This document shows, in pieces, positions 9,440 to 19,533 of a DNA stretch of 41,392 bases. The stretch is from Bacteroidales bacterium (GTDB taxonomy: Bacteria; Bacteroidota; Bacteroidia; Bacteroidales; UBA12077): positions 1 through 41,392 of the forward strand of contig JAIPAF010000001.1 in the NCBI GenBank assembly GCA_021740225.1. The letters run 5' to 3'. Every line of letters starts with the position of its first letter. Within the stretch, counting starts at the first letter, position 1. The notes below the pieces were generated by a model. That model was not told where the DNA came from. It was given only the letters and a program-made list of their open reading frames with translations, and did not search any database. Position numbers and translations under genes: made by a program.

Positions 9440-9790
9440 ATGAACATAGAAATATTAAAATCCAAAATACACAAGGTGACCGTTACCGATGCCAATCTGG
9501 AATATGTGGGGAGTATAACGATTGACGAGGATTTAATGGATGCCGCTGATATCATAGAGAACGAGAAGGTTCAGGTGCTTAATCTGAGTAACGGAGAACG
9601 ACTCGAAACGTATGTGATTAAAGGAGAACGTGGCTCAGGAGAAATCTGCATGAATGGGCCGGCCGCCCGAAAGGCAATTGTTGGAGATGTGGTAATCATC
9701 CTTTCTTACGCCTCCATGGATTTCGAAGAAGCCAAAGGCTTTAAGCCCCAATTGTTATTTCCCGATACAGCAACCAATAAACTTGTATAG
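9440..9790 (+). CDS. panD: Aspartate 1-decarboxylase
   Basis: KSKIH, Y.GSITID (Gly-Ser self-cleavage site), [14 protein letters not shown]. Confidence 0.97.
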   Translation: MNIEILKSKIHKVTVTDANLEYVGSITIDEDLMDAADIIENEKVQVLNLSNGERLETYVIKGERGSGEICMNGPAARKAIVGDVVIILSYASMDFEEAKGFKPQLLFPDTATNKLV

Positions 9791-9795
9791 CATTT

Positions 9796-10809
9796 TTGAA
9801 AAGATCGTTTTTAAAAGCAATCCGTTTTACCATATTTCTTGCTATAGGGCTTATATTGCTCTATTTTGCATTTCGTGGCGTCAGCCTGGAGGAGTTGGTC
9901 TCCAGTTTGCGAATGGCTGATTTTAAATGGGTGGCTTTTGCTTTGTCATTTGCGCTGGTTGGATATATCAGCCGGGCTTACCGCTGGAAATTGCTTATTA
10001 AGCCCCTGAATTATGATCCTCCTTTAAAAAATGTATTTTATGCTTTGATGATAGGTTATACCGCCAATTTTGCCTTTCCCCGGATCGGAGAGATCAGCCG
10101 CTGTGGTTCATTGCAGCGGTCCGACAAAATCCCACTCGATTCTTTACTGGGTACAGTAATTATAGAAAGAGCCATCGATCTGGTTATACTGGTTCTTGCG
10201 TTGATTGTGGTTTTCTTTTCCAAAATAGGATTTTTTGGCGCATTCTTCAGGAAGAACCTTTTTGATCCTTTTTTGGATCGTATCGTTTCTTTTTTTCAGC
10301 TTTCCGTCCTTAACTGGTTTATATTTTTTACCACAATTGCCGTATTGATTTTCCTGATCAGGTATTTGAATCATAAATTCTCGGAAAATTATATTATCAG
10401 GAAAGTGAAGGAATTGTTCAGGGGCGTAGTGGCCGGACTGAAAACAATTGGCCAAATGAAGGATAGATGGAGTTTTATCCTTCATACCCTCCTTATATGG
10501 TTTATGTATTTTTTAATGACCTATGTGCTTCTGTTTGCCTTGCCGGCCACCTCTCATTTAAGCCCCATAGATGGGTTGTTCTTGCTCGTTATTGGCGGTA
10601 TGGGTATGTCGGCGCCTGTTCAGGGGGGCATTGGTGCATTTCACTGGATAATCACCCTGGGTTTGTCATTGTATGGGATTCCCAGGGCTGATGCGGTAGC
10701 TTATGCAACTTTATCTCATGAATCACAGTCAATTTTTGCAGTTTTACTGGGGGCCTTATCTTTTATTATGCTTATGATTCAGAACAGAAAAGCCTTACAA
10801 AATCAATAA
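9796..10809 (+). CDS. Lysylphosphatidylglycerol synthase TM / flippase-like (UPF0104) membrane protein
   Basis: RAYRW, P.RIGEISR, ERAIDL and PVQGGIGAFH motifs with multiple TM helices. TTG start. Confidence 0.85.
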   Translation: MKRSFLKAIRFTIFLAIGLILLYFAFRGVSLEELVSSLRMADFKWVAFALSFALVGYISRAYRWKLLIKPLNYDPPLKNVFYALMIGYTANFAFPRIGEISRCGSLQRSDKIPLDSLLGTVIIERAIDLVILVLALIVVFFSKIGFFGAFFRKNLFDPFLDRIVSFFQLSVLNWFIFFTTIAVLIFLIRYLNHKFSENYIIRKVKELFRGVVAGLKTIGQMKDRWSFILHTLLIWFMYFLMTYVLLFALPATSHLSPIDGLFLLVIGGMGMSAPVQGGIGAFHWIITLGLSLYGIPRADAVAYATLSHESQSIFAVLLGALSFIMLMIQNRKALQNQ

Positions 10810-10819
10810 ATCTTAAGCC

Positions 10820-11320
10820 ATGGAATATTTGGAAGTGATCAAAGGAAAAATCATCAAAGATGAAAATTTGGAATCCCTTTTGACTTACTGGAGATTGAAG
10901 GATAATCGAATTGTGTTCACTAACGGTTGCTTTGATCTGCTTCATCGGGGACATGTTGAATACCTTTCCACAACCGCCTCCCTGGGAGATATCTTGGTGG
11001 TAGGTATGAACAGTGATCGGTCCGTTAAACGAATTAAGGGAAATAACCGGCCTGTTCAGGATGAATATTCCCGTGCATTGCTTCTGGCTTCATTGAAGCA
11101 GGTTACCGGGGTTTGCCTGTTTGATGAAGATACACCTTACAATCTGATCAACCGGATTAAGCCCGATGTGCTGGTTAAGGGCGGAGACTATAAGGTTGAA
11201 GATATTGTTGGTGCTGATATAGTTCAGTCAAACGGTGGTAAAGTCGTCACCATTGATTTTGTGGAAGGATATTCTACAAGCGCTCTGATAAAAAAAATAC
11301 AAAATACAAGCCACAAATAA
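10820..11320 (+). CDS. rfaE2: D-glycero-beta-D-manno-heptose 1-phosphate adenylyltransferase (RfaE domain II)
   Basis: FTNGCFDLLHRGH, NSDRSV.RIKG..RP, FDEDTP, KGGDY, YSTS. Confidence 0.93.
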   Translation: MEYLEVIKGKIIKDENLESLLTYWRLKDNRIVFTNGCFDLLHRGHVEYLSTTASLGDILVVGMNSDRSVKRIKGNNRPVQDEYSRALLLASLKQVTGVCLFDEDTPYNLINRIKPDVLVKGGDYKVEDIVGADIVQSNGGKVVTIDFVEGYSTSALIKKIQNTSHK

Positions 11321-11427
11321 CAAATAATTTTCAAGCACCAAACCAACAAATATTCAAAACAAGATGTAGAAAGGTTTGGAATTTTATACATTGGGTATTG
11401 GATTTTGTTTGTTATTTGGAATTTGTA
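11305..11427. repeat. Imperfect 37-bp inverted repeat built from CAA-periodic heptamers
   Basis: 11305-11341 TACAAGCCACAAATAACAAATAATTTTCAAGCACCAA aligns with the reverse complement of 11391-11427, TACAAATTCCAAATAACAAACAAAATCCAATACCCAA. Perfect core CAAATAACAAA/TTTGTTATTTG. Confidence 0.7.
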
Positions 11428-11497
11428 AATTGGCTATTTCAGCGAAAGATTTAAAACTGATCTTCTTTTAACTAAATACTGGTGAGTTCAAAAGACA

Positions 11498-12862
11498 ATG
11501 GCTAAGAAAAAAACCGTATATGTCTGCCAGAACTGTGGTGCTGAATCCTCCAAATGGATAGGACGGTGTCCATATTGTGGTGAATGGAATACCTATGTTG
11601 AAGAAATCATACCGGGTAATGGAAAGTCCTCTTCCGGTTTTTCAGATAAAGTCAATGATATCCAGCCTTTATCTTCCATTACTCTGAATGATGAGAATCG
11701 TTTGTCCACCCATTATAAGGAAGTGGATAGGGTTCTGGGGGGAGGAATGGTTCCGGGTTCTCTGGTGCTGGTCGGAGGTGAGCCGGGAATCGGCAAATCA
11801 ACCCTGGCTTTGCAGGTAGCTCTTAAATCGAAAGGTACCAAAGTGCTTTATATTTCAGGTGAAGAGAGCTTAAAACAGCTCAAGTTGCGTTCCGACCGAT
11901 TGAAGGAAGAGGATAATGAAATCTATTTGCTTAATGAAACTTCTTTGGAGCGTGTGCTTGAACAAACAAAGAAGTTTTCCCCTGCTCTGCTCATTGTGGA
12001 TTCTATACAAACTTTGTTTTCAGAAAATTTTGATTCTTCACCGGGAAGTGTCTCCCAGGTCAGGCAATCCGCGACCCGTTTGCTGTATTTTGCCAAATCC
12101 ACCTCCATACCCGTATTGGTAATCGGGCACATCAACAAAGAAGGCAGCATAGCCGGACCCAAAGTATTGGAACACATAGTGGATGTGGTGCTTCAATTCG
12201 AAGGAGATCACAATTATGTGTACAGGGTGTTGAGGGCATTAAAAAACCGTTTTGGCTCAACCAATGAGTTGGGTATATTTGAGATGAGTCAGTCAGGCCT
12301 GAAGGAAGTGCTTAACCCTTCCAAACATCTGGTGAATCAGTATCACGATAATTTGAGCGGAATAGCTATTGCCTCTACCATTGACGGGATAAGGCCGTTT
12401 TTGGTGGAAATTCAGTCCCTGGTGAGTCCTTCTTCTTACGGTACACCGCAACGGACGAGCACCGGTTTCGACTCTCGGCGGTTGTCCATGTTGCTGGCGG
12501 TTCTTGAGAAAAGAGCAAGTTTGAATTTATTCAATAAAGATGTTTTTCTGAATCTGGCCGGGGGGATTAAGGTGGATGATCCGGCCATTGATCTGGCGAT
12601 TGTCTCATCCATTCTTTCCTCTTTTATGGATAAACCCGTGAGCATGAAAACCTGTTTCGCCGGTGAAGTTGGCTTATCCGGGGAAATTCGTGCTGTCACG
12701 CAAATCGAAAAACGGGTACAGGAAGCAGAAAAACTGGGCTACAAAAGGATGTTTCTCTCCGAATACAATTCCCTTCATTCGGAGAAAACCAAAATACGCC
12801 TTGAATATGTGAATACGGTAGGGGAGTTGTTTTCCAAACTTTTTAAAAATGCTGATGAATAA
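11498..12862 (+). CDS. radA: DNA repair protein RadA/Sms
   Basis: N-terminal C4 zinc finger (CQNC...CPYC), Walker A GEPGIGKST, KNRFG motif, Lon-like C-terminus (GEVGLSGEIR). Confidence 0.97.
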   Translation: MAKKKTVYVCQNCGAESSKWIGRCPYCGEWNTYVEEIIPGNGKSSSGFSDKVNDIQPLSSITLNDENRLSTHYKEVDRVLGGGMVPGSLVLVGGEPGIGKSTLALQVALKSKGTKVLYISGEESLKQLKLRSDRLKEEDNEIYLLNETSLERVLEQTKKFSPALLIVDSIQTLFSENFDSSPGSVSQVRQSATRLLYFAKSTSIPVLVIGHINKEGSIAGPKVLEHIVDVVLQFEGDHNYVYRVLRALKNRFGSTNELGIFEMSQSGLKEVLNPSKHLVNQYHDNLSGIAIASTIDGIRPFLVEIQSLVSPSSYGTPQRTSTGFDSRRLSMLLAVLEKRASLNLFNKDVFLNLAGGIKVDDPAIDLAIVSSILSSFMDKPVSMKTCFAGEVGLSGEIRAVTQIEKRVQEAEKLGYKRMFLSEYNSLHSEKTKIRLEYVNTVGELFSKLFKNADE

Positions 12863-14561
12863 TCTCCTTCTTTCCATAGAGAATCTCACCGTTGGTTTCC
12901 CTTCCAACCAGGGAAAATTTTATGCCGTAAAGGAGGTCAATCTGGATATTGCGTACGGAAAATCTATGGGTATCGTAGGAGAGTCGGGTTCCGGTAAATC
13001 GATTACTGCCCTTTCCATATTGAATCTTTTGCCTCCCTCTGCCACTGTTTATAGTGGAAAGGTAAACTACCGGCAGAAGGATGATCAGTGGGTGGATATT
13101 TTACAGGCCGATGCGAAGTTGGTGCGGAATATAAGGGGAAAACAGGCTTCCATGATATTTCAGGAGCCGATGACTTCACTCAACCCGGTTTACTCCTGTG
13201 GTGACCAGGTTTCAGAAATTATGATCAGGCATCTGAATTATTCCCGCAAGGAGGCCCGGGAAAAAGCCAAACATCTTTTTAAAGAGGTGGAATTGCCTAA
13301 TCCCGGAAGAATTTTCGAAAGTTATCCTTATGAACTATCCGGTGGTCAGCGGCAAAGGGTGATGATTGCCATGGCCATATCCTGCGACCCGAGGTTGCTT
13401 ATTGCCGATGAGCCTACCACTGCATTGGACGTGACCATACAAAACTCCATACTCGAATTGCTTAATGGCTTAAAACAACGGTATGGCATGAGCCTTATTT
13501 TTATATCTCATGATCTGGCCGTGGTTTCGGAGGTAGCAGATGAGATGGCTGTAATGTATAAAGGGAGGATCGTGGAAAAAGGCACTAGGGAACAGATCAT
13601 TTATTCCCCTGTAAACGCTTATACTCGGGGGTTGATTGCCTGCAAGCCGCCTTTGGACCGGAAACCTGGACGGTTGTATACATTAGCGGATTTTATGGAA
13701 TCCGATCGCCCCGCAGGTGATCGCAAATCCTATAGTACTTCTGTGGCAGCGAACCAGTCGCAAGAAGCCGATTCTTCTGTTGTATTTAATCTTTATGATG
13801 TTTCCAAAGCTTTTCCTCTGAAGAAGAATTTCTTTGGAAAGACTACCGAACGTTTGCCTGCCATAAATCACATTTCAATGGACATATTTCAGGGAGAAAC
13901 ACTGGGGTTGGTTGGTGAGTCGGGAAGCGGAAAATCCACCCTCGCCAGGATCCTTATGAAGCTTCTTGCGTATGATGAAGGCAATATTGTATTTAAAGGA
14001 AAGGATTTTAGCAGTTTTACCCGTAGCGACATGCGGTTGTTCAGGCAAAGGGTTCAGATCATCTTTCAGGATCCTTATTCAACGCTTAATCCCAGGCTTT
14101 CCGTGGGAAAAATGATTTCCGAACCCTTGCATTATTATGGATATTATAGTAACCGCCAGGAAAGGAAGGAAAGAACGCTGGAGTTGCTCGACGATGTGAG
14201 GCTGGATGAAAGTTTTTATAACCGGTATCCTCATGAATTATCGGGAGGCCAGCGACAGCGGGTCGCCATTGCAAGGGTTTTGGCTTTAAATCCCGAATTC
14301 ATCATTTGCGATGAGGCTGTTTCAGCCCTTGATGTTTCCATCCAGGCTGAAGTGTTGAATCTTCTGCAGGATCTAAAAAAGAACTATAAACTGACTTATG
14401 TGTTTATTACCCATGATTTTTCAGTGGTACGGTTTATGTCAGACCGGGTGGCCGTGATGAAAGACGGCAGGGTAATAGAAATAGGGGAATCAACACATGT
14501 GTTTGATTCCCCTGAAAATGATTACACGCGAAGATTACTCCATTCCATACCGGCTATTTGA
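12849..14561 (+). CDS. Peptide/nickel-type ABC transporter ATP-binding protein with two fused NBDs
   Basis: Two GESGSGKS Walker A motifs, two LSGGQRQR signatures, IFQEP/IFQDP Q-loops. Overlaps the end of radA. Confidence 0.92.
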   Translation: MLMNNLLLSIENLTVGFPSNQGKFYAVKEVNLDIAYGKSMGIVGESGSGKSITALSILNLLPPSATVYSGKVNYRQKDDQWVDILQADAKLVRNIRGKQASMIFQEPMTSLNPVYSCGDQVSEIMIRHLNYSRKEAREKAKHLFKEVELPNPGRIFESYPYELSGGQRQRVMIAMAISCDPRLLIADEPTTALDVTIQNSILELLNGLKQRYGMSLIFISHDLAVVSEVADEMAVMYKGRIVEKGTREQIIYSPVNAYTRGLIACKPPLDRKPGRLYTLADFMESDRPAGDRKSYSTSVAANQSQEADSSVVFNLYDVSKAFPLKKNFFGKTTERLPAINHISMDIFQGETLGLVGESGSGKSTLARILMKLLAYDEGNIVFKGKDFSSFTRSDMRLFRQRVQIIFQDPYSTLNPRLSVGKMISEPLHYYGYYSNRQERKERTLELLDDVRLDESFYNRYPHELSGGQRQRVAIARVLALNPEFIICDEAVSALDVSIQAEVLNLLQDLKKNYKLTYVFITHDFSVVRFMSDRVAVMKDGRVIEIGESTHVFDSPENDYTRRLLHSIPAI

Positions 14562-14567
14562 TCCGGG

Positions 14568-16922
14568 CTAAAAGAACTCGTCGTCTAGCCGGTCTTTGGC
14601 CCCACCTTTTCCCACATCTTCACAATCCAGATCGTAATTGAAGTTGGTCGGCCTTTCAAAAGTGTCTTGTTTGGATACCATATTGTTCAATGTGGAATCA
14701 TTATAGACCTTTGTCATATATTTTGCCCAGATGGGAAGCGCCATATTGGCTCCCTGCCCCTGGGTAATGCTGTTGAAATGAATGCTGCGGTTTTCGCCCC
14801 CGACCCATGCTCCTGAAACCAGGTTGGGCGTTACCCCCATGAACCATCCGTCGGATTGGTTCTGGGTTGTACCTGTTTTTCCCGCTATCGGGTTCATTAG
14901 CTCATATTTGTATCGAACACGGATACCCGTGCCATCCTGAACCACTCCTTTCAGAAGGTTGGTCATCAGGTAGGCTGTCTGTTCACTGATGGCTTCACTC
15001 TCTTTCGGGTTGAAAGTAGCCAGCAGATTCCCGTGTCGGTCTTCAATTCTTGTTACATAACTGGGTTCGATATACACGCCTTTATTGGCAAAGGTACTGT
15101 AAGCCCCAACCATTTCATAGAGGGAAATATCGGCAGTACCTAAAAATATTGAAGGCACGGGATCAATGTTGCTCTCAATGCCCATTTTCCGCATTACATT
15201 GATCACTGATCGGGGATTAAACTGTTTTATAAGCCAGGCAGATATATAGTTCACCGAATGGGTCAATCCCCATTTCAGGGTAACCATCTCACCATCCATA
15301 TCCGAAGGTCCCGAATTCTTTGGAGTCCATGTAGAATCATTTATATAGAAAGTGCTTGGAACATTAGGCACCTTATGGCAGGGCGAATACCCCTCTTGCA
15401 TAGCCAGCGTATAAAGAAAAGGTTTGATGGTGGAACCAATCTGTCTAACTCCCTGGGTGACATGGTCATACTTAAAGTATCTATAGTCGGGGCCCCCTAC
15501 ATAGGCTTTTATATGCCCGTTGCGGGGGTTCATAGACATAAATCCTGCTCTTAGAAAGTGTTTATAATACAGTATTGAATCCCTTGGAGACATCACCGTA
15601 TCTTTTATTCCCTCCCAGGAAAAAACCTCCATTTCCCGTGGTTTATTGAAAGCCTTACGTATTGAATCTTCACTTACCTCTTGTCTTTTTAGCTTCCTAT
15701 AGCGGTCGGTATTTTTTATCGCCCTTTCCATTATCCGATCAATCTGTTCTTTTTCCAAGTTTTTGGAAAAGGGAGCCTTTTTTTGATTTTCCTTTTCTTC
15801 AAAGAACTGTTGCTGGAGCTCATCTCCGAGATGCTCCCTTACAGATTGTTCAGCATAGTTTTGGAGTTTGCTGTTGATGGTGGTATAGATTTGCAGCCCG
15901 TCCCGGTACAAGTCGTAGTGGGATCCGTCCGGTTTGGTATGTTTGTTGCACCAACCGTATAAAGGATTGTTTGCCCATTCTATAGAATCTTCCTTATAGT
16001 TTTCCGGGTTGGAATATTCGTTTTTCCGGGGCTTTTCTTCCGTAAGAAGTGTTCTTAAATGTTCCCTGAAATAACTGGCCAGTCCTTCATTGTGGTCTTC
16101 CACAACATAATCCACATTCAAAGGAAGAGTCCTTAACGAATCATGTTGTGCTTGTGTGATATAATTGTATTTTTTCAGCTGATTCAATACTACATTTCTT
16201 CTTTTCCTGGATTTATCCGGATTGCTTACAGGGTGGTATCTGGTGGGGGCCTTGAGCATTCCCACAAGTGTGGCTGCTTCCTCAAGTTGTAATGAGTCGG
16301 GTTCCGTATTGAAGTAAATTCTGGCTGCCGATTTGATACCATAAGTCATGCCTCCGAAAGGCACCGTATTGAGATACATTACAAGAATCTCCTTTTTGGT
16401 ATAGTTTCTTTCAAGTTTTGCCGCAGTTATCCATTCCTTGAACTTTGCCAGAACAAGATTGGAGGCATAGGCAAATTTCGAATCGTAAACGGTGGTATCC
16501 CTTGGGAAAAGGTTTTTCGCCAACTGCTGCGTTATTGTGCTACCTCCTCCCGAGCTTTTTCCCATTAACAGGGTTTTAAAAAATACCCTTGCCAATCCTC
16601 TAGCATCGATTCCGGAGTGCTCATAGAAACGTATATCCTCTGTAGCGATTAAAGCATTGACGATATTTGAGGAGATTTCTTTGAAATCGACATATGATCT
16701 GTTTTGAATATAATATTTACCCAGTAATTGTTCATCCTCAGAATAAACGAGTGAAGCCAGATTATTTTCCGGATTCTCAAGTTGTTCGAAGGTTGGCATG
16801 TCTCCGAATATTTCCTGAGAGACGAGGAATAATATAACGAATAATGCTACAAAAGGTAATGCGAACAATGTCCAGAATAATCTTATGTAAAATTTTTTGT
16901 TATAATTGACTTTTAACTTCAT
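14568..16922 (-). CDS. mrcA: Class A penicillin-binding protein 1A (transglycosylase/transpeptidase)
   Basis: N-terminal TM; EDIRFYEH.GID and GGSTITQQLAKN (GT51); STIK (SxxK), SVN (SxN) and KTG (transpeptidase). Confidence 0.92.
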   Translation of the reverse strand: MKLKVNYNKKFYIRLFWTLFALPFVALFVILFLVSQEIFGDMPTFEQLENPENNLASLVYSEDEQLLGKYYIQNRSYVDFKEISSNIVNALIATEDIRFYEHSGIDARGLARVFFKTLLMGKSSGGGSTITQQLAKNLFPRDTTVYDSKFAYASNLVLAKFKEWITAAKLERNYTKKEILVMYLNTVPFGGMTYGIKSAARIYFNTEPDSLQLEEAATLVGMLKAPTRYHPVSNPDKSRKRRNVVLNQLKKYNYITQAQHDSLRTLPLNVDYVVEDHNEGLASYFREHLRTLLTEEKPRKNEYSNPENYKEDSIEWANNPLYGWCNKHTKPDGSHYDLYRDGLQIYTTINSKLQNYAEQSVREHLGDELQQQFFEEKENQKKAPFSKNLEKEQIDRIMERAIKNTDRYRKLKRQEVSEDSIRKAFNKPREMEVFSWEGIKDTVMSPRDSILYYKHFLRAGFMSMNPRNGHIKAYVGGPDYRYFKYDHVTQGVRQIGSTIKPFLYTLAMQEGYSPCHKVPNVPSTFYINDSTWTPKNSGPSDMDGEMVTLKWGLTHSVNYISAWLIKQFNPRSVINVMRKMGIESNIDPVPSIFLGTADISLYEMVGAYSTFANKGVYIEPSYVTRIEDRHGNLLATFNPKESEAISEQTAYLMTNLLKGVVQDGTGIRVRYKYELMNPIAGKTGTTQNQSDGWFMGVTPNLVSGAWVGGENRSIHFNSITQGQGANMALPIWAKYMTKVYNDSTLNNMVSKQDTFERPTNFNYDLDCEDVGKGGAKDRLDDEFF

Positions 16923-16952
16923 AATACCAATAATATAATAAATTAAGGAAAA

Positions 16953-16985
16953 TTTGACATTAGATTTTTAAAAGTTTTAATTTTG
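16953..16985 (+). promoter_or_regulatory. Bacteroidota sigma-A promoter for topA
   Basis: TTTG (16953-16956), 21-nt spacer, TAATTTTG (16978-16985): full -33/-7 consensus. Confidence 0.7.
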
Positions 16986-17019
16986 TTTTTTAATTTGTTT
17001 CATAAACAGCGCAATATCT

Positions 17020-19518
17020 ATGGAAGATAACTTAGTTATCGTTGAGTCCCCAGCAAAGGCCAAAACTATAAAAAAATTTCTGGGAAAAAACTATCTTGTT
17101 AAATCCAGTTACGGTCATATTAGAGATCTTGAGAAAAAGAACTATGGCATTGATATTAGTAACGATTATCAACCAAAATATGTTATACCGGAAAACAAAA
17201 AAGAGGTAGTTAAAGAATTAAAGGAATTGGCCAAAAAAGCCAAGGTAGTATGGTTAGCAACTGATGAAGACCGTGAAGGGGAAGCCATAGCCTGGCACCT
17301 TTATAAAGTACTTGATTTAACCTCAGAAAAAACCAGGCGGATTGTTTTCCACGAAATCACCCAGGAAGCCATACGGAAGGCTATAGAAAATCCCCGTGCA
17401 ATCGACATGAATCTGGTTAAAGCCCAACAAGCCCGGCGTATTTTGGATCGTCTGGTAGGTTTTGAACTGTCCCCGGTATTATGGAAGAAGATCAAACCTT
17501 CTCTGTCGGCCGGTCGTGTGCAATCGGCTGCCCTTCGGCTGATTGTGGAACGGGAACGGGAGATTATGAATTTTACCCCCACTTCTTCTTTCAGTTTAAC
17601 TGCCGATTTTACAGACGGCAACAGTGAATTTAAAGCGGATTTGTCACAAAAGCTGGATGAGAAGAAGGAGGCTTTAAAAGTATTGGAACATGCTAAAAAT
17701 GCAGAGTTTCATGTCGATGAAGTGAATAAGAAGCCCTCGAAAAGAAACCCGGCTCCTCCTTTTACTACTTCTACGTTGCAACAAGAGGCAAGTCGAAAAT
17801 TAGGGTTCTCAGTAGCGCGGACAATGAGCCTCGCTCAAAGGTTATATGAAGCAGGGAAAATCACGTATATGCGTACCGATTCGGTAAGTCTGTCCAACGC
17901 CGCCATAGGTTCGGCCAAAAAGATCATTCAGAAGAAATTTGGAGAAAAATACCTTAAAACAAGACAATACCAGACCAAGTCAAAAGGCGCGCAGGAGGCC
18001 CATGAAGCCATTCGGCCCACTTATATGAATAATATGGAAGTTTCAGGTTCTGAGGCCGAAAGAAAACTGTACAATCTGATTTGGAAGCGGACCATAGCTT
18101 CGCAAATGAGCAGTGCAGATTTTGAGAAAACTACCATTAAGATTAATATTTCCAATGACCCGCATCAGTTTGTTGCAAAGGGAGAAGTGCTGATATTTGA
18201 CGGATTCCTGAAGGTATATATGGAATCCACTGATGAGGAAAAAGAAGAAGAAAGCAAAGGATTGTTGCCAGAAGTGAAAAGGGGGCAGAAATTGAGTTAT
18301 AAGATAATCAAAGCGATAGAGCGATTTACACATCATCCGCCCCGCTATACGGAAGCCAGTCTTGTTAAGAAACTGGAGGAGCTGGGAATTGGCCGGCCCT
18401 CTACTTATGCCCCCATCATTTCCACGGTACAGGAAAGGGGATATGTGGTAAAAGAAGATCGATATGGTACACCGCGAAATTATCGGGAAATCGTTTTAGA
18501 GAAAAGTGCCATCAAAGAGGAGACCAGGACGGAGATGGCCGGCGCCGAAAAGGGAAAGTTGTTCCCCAATGATATTGGTATGCTGGTTAATGATTTTTTG
18601 AAAGAACATTTCAAAGAGGTAATCAATTATAATTTTACTGCCAATGTAGAAGAGGAGTTCGATCAGATTGCCGAAGGATTTCTGAAATGGTCGGAGATGA
18701 TCGATAAATTCTATCAGCCTTTTCACGAGAAGGTGGAAGAAACCCTTGAAAAGTCGGGTAGAAATACAGGGGAAAGAATTTTAGGCACAGATCCTAAGAC
18801 GGGTCGGCAGGTTGCTGTGAAGATTGGTCCTTATGGACCGATGGTGCAACTGGGTACCCGGGAGGAAGAGGAAAAACCCAAGTTTGCCAGTTTGCAAAAA
18901 GGCCAACATATTGAAACCATTACACTGGAAGAGGCATTAAAACTGTTTGATCTGCCTCGAAAACTGGGAACCTATGAAGGGAATGAAGTGATTGTTTCTA
19001 CAGGCCGCTATGGGCCATACATAAAGCATAATTCGAAGAATGTTTCGCTTAAAAGAGAGGACGACCCTTTTAAGATTGATTTAGACAGAGCTATTCAACT
19101 GATTGAGGAGAAGAGGGAACGAGACAGAAAGAAAACCATTAAATCGTTCAGTGAAGATAAAAATCTGGTAATTCTCAAGGGTAGGTTTGGTCCTTACATT
19201 AGTTATAAAGACGGCAATTATCCCATACCCAAAAAGAAAGAAGCGGAGAAGCTAACCCTTGAGGAATGCTATGAGTTGATAAATAACAAAAAAGTGAAAG
19301 ATAAACAGAAACAATCTTCCCGTAAGCAGACTTCAGGTAAAACCGCTTCGAAAGGTAAAGGCTCAAAGAAGCAATCTACTGGAAAAGGAAGAACCAATAA
19401 AGTAAGCACACAGAAAAAAGGATCACAAAGCACGAAAAAGGGAACTCAGGGAAAAGGGAAACAAAAATCCCAGTCCAAAAAAACAAACAGCTCCTCCGGT
19501 AACAAAGGTTCCAAATAG
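17020..19518 (+). CDS. topA: DNA topoisomerase I (type IA)
   Basis: IVESPAKAKTI, ATDEDREGE, SAGRVQS, ITYMRTDS (catalytic Tyr), GIGRPSTY; C-terminal G.YGPY repeats; basic tail. Confidence 0.97.
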   Translation: MEDNLVIVESPAKAKTIKKFLGKNYLVKSSYGHIRDLEKKNYGIDISNDYQPKYVIPENKKEVVKELKELAKKAKVVWLATDEDREGEAIAWHLYKVLDLTSEKTRRIVFHEITQEAIRKAIENPRAIDMNLVKAQQARRILDRLVGFELSPVLWKKIKPSLSAGRVQSAALRLIVEREREIMNFTPTSSFSLTADFTDGNSEFKADLSQKLDEKKEALKVLEHAKNAEFHVDEVNKKPSKRNPAPPFTTSTLQQEASRKLGFSVARTMSLAQRLYEAGKITYMRTDSVSLSNAAIGSAKKIIQKKFGEKYLKTRQYQTKSKGAQEAHEAIRPTYMNNMEVSGSEAERKLYNLIWKRTIASQMSSADFEKTTIKINISNDPHQFVAKGEVLIFDGFLKVYMESTDEEKEEESKGLLPEVKRGQKLSYKIIKAIERFTHHPPRYTEASLVKKLEELGIGRPSTYAPIISTVQERGYVVKEDRYGTPRNYREIVLEKSAIKEETRTEMAGAEKGKLFPNDIGMLVNDFLKEHFKEVINYNFTANVEEEFDQIAEGFLKWSEMIDKFYQPFHEKVEETLEKSGRNTGERILGTDPKTGRQVAVKIGPYGPMVQLGTREEEEKPKFASLQKGQHIETITLEEALKLFDLPRKLGTYEGNEVIVSTGRYGPYIKHNSKNVSLKREDDPFKIDLDRAIQLIEEKRERDRKKTIKSFSEDKNLVILKGRFGPYISYKDGNYPIPKKKEAEKLTLEECYELINNKKVKDKQKQSSRKQTSGKTASKGKGSKKQSTGKGRTNKVSTQKKGSQSTKKGTQGKGKQKSQSKKTNSSSGNKGSK

Positions 19519-19533
19519 ATATTTATAACTTTC

